Origin: Cercozoa sp. M6MM
Lineage: Eukaryota > Protista > Endomyxa: Ascetosporea
Direction: 5' to 3' (one strand)
Length of the DNA stretch: 43,848 bases
Assembly: GCA_040357565.1 (NCBI GenBank)
Contig: JBDODJ010000090.1
Positions 36,948 through 43,848 of this stretch are shown here, piece by piece; positions within the stretch are counted from its first letter, which is position 1, and the number at the start of each line of letters is the position of its first letter. The position numbers and the translations under genes were made by a program. The notes beneath the pieces were generated by a model. That model was not told the origin of the DNA and ran no database searches. It saw only the letters and a list, made by a program, of their open reading frames with translations.

Positions 36948-39070
36948 ATGACACGAAATGCGCTAAAGCAAGAGCTGCGCGCTTTTGTGTCAGACTGGGG
37001 CGCCAAAGGGACGACACTTGCTGCCTCGCTAGGAGAGTGGCTCTGCTGGCGATGGGAACTCGCAAAAACTGTTGCTCGAGCAGACGGAGCGACTGCTCGA
37101 ACCAGAACTGAGAGCTTTCGTGGACAGGCACGCTGAAACTCTTCGACTTCACGGCGACCTTCTGCTCGAGTATTCGGCTGTGGGAGACGGTGCATTAGCG
37201 TTTCTCAAAATTTGAGTCCTGAGAGTGAGTACCGTGTAGGACGCTCGAGGCGGATCGGGCATGCGCTGGCGGTGAAAATCTCCGACTTCCCGCGTGTCGT
37301 ACAACTGATACTTCTGCGTTACCGGACCGCCTCGGCCCGACGCATTTACTCCGTTTTTAAGTTCTCGAATGGTGCCAGCGCCGTGCCTGTAGATGATAGC
37401 CATGCAGGTGTCATAATTGCTTCCTGTTTCGCATTGTGAGCAGCGTGGTCTTCCCGGAATCCGCAAGAACCGTTCACACGCTCGTGGCTCAGTGCGTCTC
37501 CCGATGCACGTGCCTTCTTGTTGCTCCTGCTGGGAGGACAGCAAGTGTCCCACTTGGCGCAGCAGCTGCTGCACTTGCTGAGCGAACGGTTCTGGTCGCA
37601 GCTGATGTTTCCGCAGCAGTGGTACCACGTTGCACTGTGGGCCGACATGTTGCGCGACGTGGGATTGTTCCCCAAAGTGCTCGCGCTGCTGTCCTTCATC
37701 GACCGGACCAGTGAGTACGATGCGATCTTCCTGCAGCCCGCATCGCTGTCGCCGCTTCGAGAGTCACAGCGCAACGCTGCCTTGTCGCTCTTCACACATT
37801 TCATATTTCTTCCCGACTCCCGCGAAGACGAACGACAGCAACAAGAGGACGTCCAATCACAAGCGATCCGTTTGGTAACTTACATTTTCAAGTAGTCTTC
37901 ACAGTTTTCTTGTCCGGCCGAGCATGTGAATTTGCATGCCGAGTTCTGCAGTTGTACAAACTGCTCGGTGTGAAGATGTCCGACGGTGTGGCGCATTTGG
38001 TGCACTCTCCCGCCAATGCTGATCGGCAGGCACTGCGGCTGCTGTTTGAAGTGCTTGGCACCAAACTCACCGGCGAACTGGCCGAAATGTCGATGCACTT
38101 TGTGCAAGCACTCGTGCTGTACCTTCAAGAACACAAGGAGACACTGTCACCGGTCCAAGAGGAGCACATCTATTGTATGCTGGATTCCGTCTTTCAATCC
38201 TGCCATGATTTTAAAATTCGCGCGTTTTTCGTCGATGGCTCGGTCCTCGCCTCTTTGTTTCACTGTAAATTTATTGATTCGTGTTGTGTGATGAAAAATT
38301 GTCGCAGGTGAGAGTCTGCTCGTTTATACAAAGGATACTGGGCTACAACTTGCCGCAAGTGTGGCCACTTGCCGCAGACTTGTCCTTGCGCACAGGTCGT
38401 TTCTACTGGCTCTCTCATCTCTTTGAAACTGTGCTGCTGGCCTCCGCACGGGCGGCGGAGTCGGGCTCTCTGCTAGTAGGTTTTCTTATTGCTTTAGTTT
38501 GTTCCAGATTTTACACTGTGCTTCGATGAACGAGCAGGAGCACCGACTGCCAATGTTGAGACACTGGTGTCGCAGGTGCAGCGATTTCTTCGCCTTCATG
38601 GGCATCTCGAAAGCACCGAAAATGCTGGGTTGTACCTTGTTCCATCTCCGCCCAGTTTTCTTTCGTTGCTGCAGGATTCATATTTCGTGTCCTTTTTAGT
38701 ACTAGAGCTTGAGAACGCTCAAGGCGAGTTTTCGCTGTTTGCGCGCGCTGTGATTGAGCTGCCGCCGATGTGCGGCACCGTTGTGCATGTGGCAACCTTG
38801 CTGTCATTCGTGCTTCGGCGTGCCCATCAGGTGAAACGTGCGCTCGATGCGGCGGAGGCATTTGAGGAGGACGACGTGGAAACTGAGGCAGAGCTGCCGA
38901 GACCTGACAAGCTTTGGCAGCAGGAGCTCGAGGCGCATCGAAAGGACCTGTTCGCGCCGGTGTCGCTGCTGCTGGTGCCCTACCTGTGCAGCGACGTGCG
39001 CGCCATGGTGCGCGACTATCTGCTTGACCCTGCGCTGCCTGGCCAGTTGGCCTTCGATCTTCCGCTTTGA
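36948..39070 (+). CDS. Hypothetical helical protein
   Basis: Several GT-AG exons with host-like codon use that join in frame. No family recognised. The start could be 36831 and the 3' end is uncertain. Confidence 0.6.
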
Positions 39071-40025
39071 GGATCGACCGACGTGTGCTGATGAACTTCG
39101 CCTCCTTCCTTTTCTTTTGTCCTTGGAGGAAAAGGGCCAAGTGTCAGTTTGAGAAAGTTACCCCAACGGTTCAGTTAGGCGACAAAGCACTGGTGAACGC
39201 TGTATGGGTGTATGCATGTATGTATGTCAATGTATGTGTTTTCTTTGAATAAATCCAAAAAAGCAACCAACAATCACGGTGTAAGTGTTAGAGTGCTCTT
39301 CAGCACGGTTCACTGAGCTTTACCCCCTCCCCCTAACCCCCTTTACGGGGGTCTTCACTATCTAGACAGCACGTTCGCCGATGCGCCAAAGAGCGAGTTT
39401 TGTGCTCCCACAGACGACAAACCGACATTTGGGGGGGGGGGGGGCGTTGAGTAAGTTTAGGTCGCATCGTCGCATGGCGTCTCGGCCGCCTACACTCTAG
39501 CCAGAGAGTTCGCGATCTCGCTGTTGGTAGGCACCGTGTGTCGCTGTCTGTTTCGCTGTGTTTGTGTCTGTGTCCGTCTCTATGTCTCTGTGTCTGAGCA
39601 GTGCACTGCACTCGACACGAAACTAAATATGGTTGGGTCCTGCTGGCCGGGTTACGGTGTTTTATAGTACTGCGCTGACTCTATCTAACGAGAAACGGGT
39701 ATAACTAAACTTAGTGTGGCCTGTAACCGCGATCGCGAGCCACCGTCACTCACTCACGCACCATTGTTCCGGCCCAACCGAAAAATAGAGGGAGAAGATT
39801 GGATCATCCGACGAGCAGATTTCTGCTCATCGTTTCTGTTCGTCGATCAGGAAAATTCGGGGATCTGTGGAACTCTCCGAAACTCCAACAGATTCACTGT
39901 GTTTTGTGTACAATTCTTTAACAGCTATAGACACGCTTGAAACTCTACTAGAGAGTTAGAGATCGAGTCAGACAAACTTTCGCGACCCACCAGAGACCGG
40001 AGTTTTTGTGCCGCTGATGTCAAAC

Positions 40026-40907
<882 letters not shown>

Positions 40908-41107
40908 ACTGACCTAGTACGCTAGCTTGCGTTGATTGGCGTGGTCACCTGAAATTGAACGAAAGAAAATTAGATATTTCCGGCGGTTCAAGGCTAGTAC
41001 TTGCTTAGAAACCAACTATACTGTCGTCGCTCCCCTTGCATGCGCCAGTCCTGAGGTGTCTCAAGCGCATGGCCTAACAGACTGAAGGTCAGGCGGGCCA
41101 GTGCTAC

Positions 41108-42071
41108 TCATTGGTCCGCACGAGTGCCCGCAAGGCTGTCACCGCTACAAACCACGAAAGAAACTGCAACAACAGAAGGACAGGGCAGATGAACGCGCTG
41201 GCTGTAGGGTAGTACCCGCATGCGCGTCACGGGCGACACTGCGGAGAAAAGGTGCGTTCTGACACTCGTGGTCGCCGATGTCGACAGCAAGCGACGACAG
41301 CTGCAGCAGCGGCACGCAGGTACAGAGGGCACGCACCGCCAGTAGCACGGTAGCCTCCGTGTCCCGCAGGTCGTCCGGGTCGCGATCAAGGTCGCCATTA
41401 TCAGCAGAGCAACGGTCGACGAGGAAGTCCAGTGCGACACGAGCAGTGTCCAGCGTCAGCAGTCGCTCCGACGAAGCCGCCATGCCGTGCAGCAAGGCAC
41501 ACAGCGTGCCAGGTGTCCACACTTCGAGGTCGACGTTGAGCTTAATGACCTCGTTCATTTCGTCGCGCAGCTTGGCTTCCATCGGGTGCTGCGTCACTGC
41601 AGGCAACAGGAGGCAGGAACAGATACACACATATATATATATGTAGATATAGATATATATAAAGAGAGAGAGAGAGAAAGAGAAGTTACGCAGTAGTCCT
41701 AGGTGAGAAAAACACTCGCACAACACTGGCTGGAAGTGGCGCACTCGATTCACCTGTCATATCAAATACAGGCGTAACTGCGGGTCTGCATAGATATACA
41801 TATACATATCTACCTCTGGCTGCAACAGTATTTGCAGAAGTTTCACTAGTTTTCGCGTTGTCTCGGACCACTTCTTCTCTGCAGTCGGTCAGTGTAAAAG
41901 AGGGGATGCGAAGCTACCAATCCAGCCTTCTCACAGAGAGTACCAAACTGCGGCACACGGAAGAGAGATGTCGAATTCATTTCAGTCTTGAGTCTCGATG
42001 ACGATTGCGACGCCGACGACGATCGCTCACGCAGGAAACCGACGCACTCGCTCCTGCACTCATACACACGT

Positions 42072-42136
<65 letters not shown>

Positions 42137-42553
42137 GGTGAGCGGGTACAGTGCTGTATTCAGCTGGCACAGGCGATCGTGGTACACGCGCTGGCCACGC
42201 ACATCAGTCTCCTCTAATGAGATCTGGAGAGACAAAACGGAAGAACTACAAAGGACAAGGCGAAAGGGAACCACAGAGAGTACAACAGAGTGGCGATCGA
42301 GATCCAGCAGTCGCAAGAAACGCTCGGCCAGTGCTCCTGCTCTCTCGCGCTTCAGGAGACGCTTGTGCCTCGACAAGATACTCTGGAGCAATCAAACAAA
42401 ACTTTGGTGCGCAGACTTCCTTGCGATATTAAAGAAGACAACACTGCACACACGCACCTTGGTGTCTGGTGCTTCGTGACTGCCCGCGCGGAAAAATGCA
42501 GTGATCGAGGTTTGGGACTTTCCTGCGGGACGCTTTCCTTGAGTACGAGCCAT
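41108..42553 (-). CDS. Hypothetical protein with N-terminal PIP box
   Basis: Exon 1 MARTQGKRPAGKSQTSITAFFRAGSHEAPDTK| splices to SILSRHKRLLKRER... Later exons are helical. Confidence 0.65.
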
Positions 42554-42705
42554 ATCTGTTTACTACATGCAAAACGCTTACACGCTTACGCACGTCATAA
42601 CTGCTAAACTCAGTGGATGCGGTACAGTCTGATCTGATCGTTTCGCGGGACCTTGAAAGTCACTTTTTAGCATTTTTAGAATAACCGAGGTGTGTGTGGC
42701 GTTGA
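42554..42705. promoter_or_regulatory. Putative bidirectional promoter PIP-box gene / cupin
   Basis: 152 bp between divergent ATGs. Confidence 0.5.
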
Positions 42706-43280
42706 ATGCCGAATTTGTTCGATAACCTGCCTGCAGATGGCGAAAAACTGAGCGAGGAGCGCATTCGTTCGATCGTTTCACAGGGTGCGTCCATTTTCTT
42801 TTTTGTGTTTTGTGGTTGTTAAGGGCATCACTTTCGCGGTTAGACGGTGTCACGATTGAACAAATTGTGTCGACGGGTCACAGTTCTCCCGAGGGCTTTT
42901 GGTATGACCAGGAGACCCACGAATTCGTGATTGTGCTTGCCGGCGAGGGTGTGCTGGAGGTACACATGGACCCAAAGCCGCGAAGACCTTCCTGCCACTT
43001 TCTGTTCTGGCGATCTTTGTTTGCAGTACCCAAATGGCGAGGAGCTGACAATGCGAAAGGGTGATTTTTGCTTCATTCCGGCGCACACACGGCACCGAGT
43101 GCGCAGCACTGCTGCTGGTATGTCATTTCAGTTCGGACTTGAACTGTCTAGTGTTTCTGTTGAAATTGACATGTGGTGTCTGGGCGCACAGATGCGACGA
43201 CACTGTGGTTGGCAGTGCATTTCCCGCCGCGCAACACGTCTGAATCGCCAGCTGAAGCAACCTCACACACCGGCGACTGA
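42706..43280 (+). CDS. Small cupin-fold protein of a mainly bacterial type (Reut_A1446-like)
   Basis: MPNLFDNLPADGEKLSEERIRSIVSQ|DGVTIEQIVSTGHSSPEGFWYDQETHEFVIVLAGEGVLE|YPNGEELTMRKGDFCFIPAHTRHRVRSTAA|DATTLWLAVHF... Introns at 42785-42843, 42960-43026 and 43118-43191. Confidence 0.88.
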
Positions 43281-43483
43281 GCTACTTCAGTCTCTCTTTA
43301 GTTGAGTCTTCTAGGGCAGGACCATACAACTCCCCTTTTGACGTTCCCCAAGACACCGAAGTCGGTGCCCGTTTACTGTAATATTACTCCGTAGTTACTG
43401 TAATATTACTGAGTATTCACACCGTAATTACGAACCTTTGTTCTCGGCCTTGTAAATGTAATCTCAGGACGAACCCATCGGAT

Positions 43484-43848
<365 letters not shown>

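Noticed and set aside
39845-39890. Heat-shock element upstream of polyubiquitin
   Set aside because: Only one clean GAAnnTTC pair, which is expected by chance.
42706-43280. Bacterial contamination
   Set aside because: Three frame-restoring GT-AG introns and contiguous eukaryotic neighbours.

Overview
Gene-dense, intron-rich eukaryotic (protist) nuclear DNA with about 17 spliced protein-coding genes, short intergenic spacers (often head-to-head) and three 100-N assembly gaps. The three-unit polyubiquitin gene has a two-residue Asn-Gly insert at each monomer junction, the kind of insert known from Rhizaria, so the host is probably a cercozoan or endomyxan. A BBOF1-like gene suggests a flagellated stage. 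Recognisable genes: ISWI remodeller, an SDR, BBOF1-like, a PrsW-family intramembrane protease, a SAPS/PP6R subunit, a chromo-like + PZP (PHD-knuckle-PHD) protein, a SMAP-like ArfGAP, TFIP11, polyubiquitin, a bacterial-type cupin and the 3' end of urocanate hydratase. Several genes are orphans. Most notable observations: (1) the NG-linked polyubiquitin; (2) two bacterial-type genes carrying spliceosomal introns; (3) a ~1.5 kb patchwork of gene fragments at 22.6-24.2 kb, including an inverted copy of the polyubiquitin 3' end, next to a possible 13-nt intron; (4) a perfect 47-bp intronic inverted repeat bracketing two exons; (5) strand-biased C-rich minisatellites in introns. All gene models were spliced by eye and no database searches were run.
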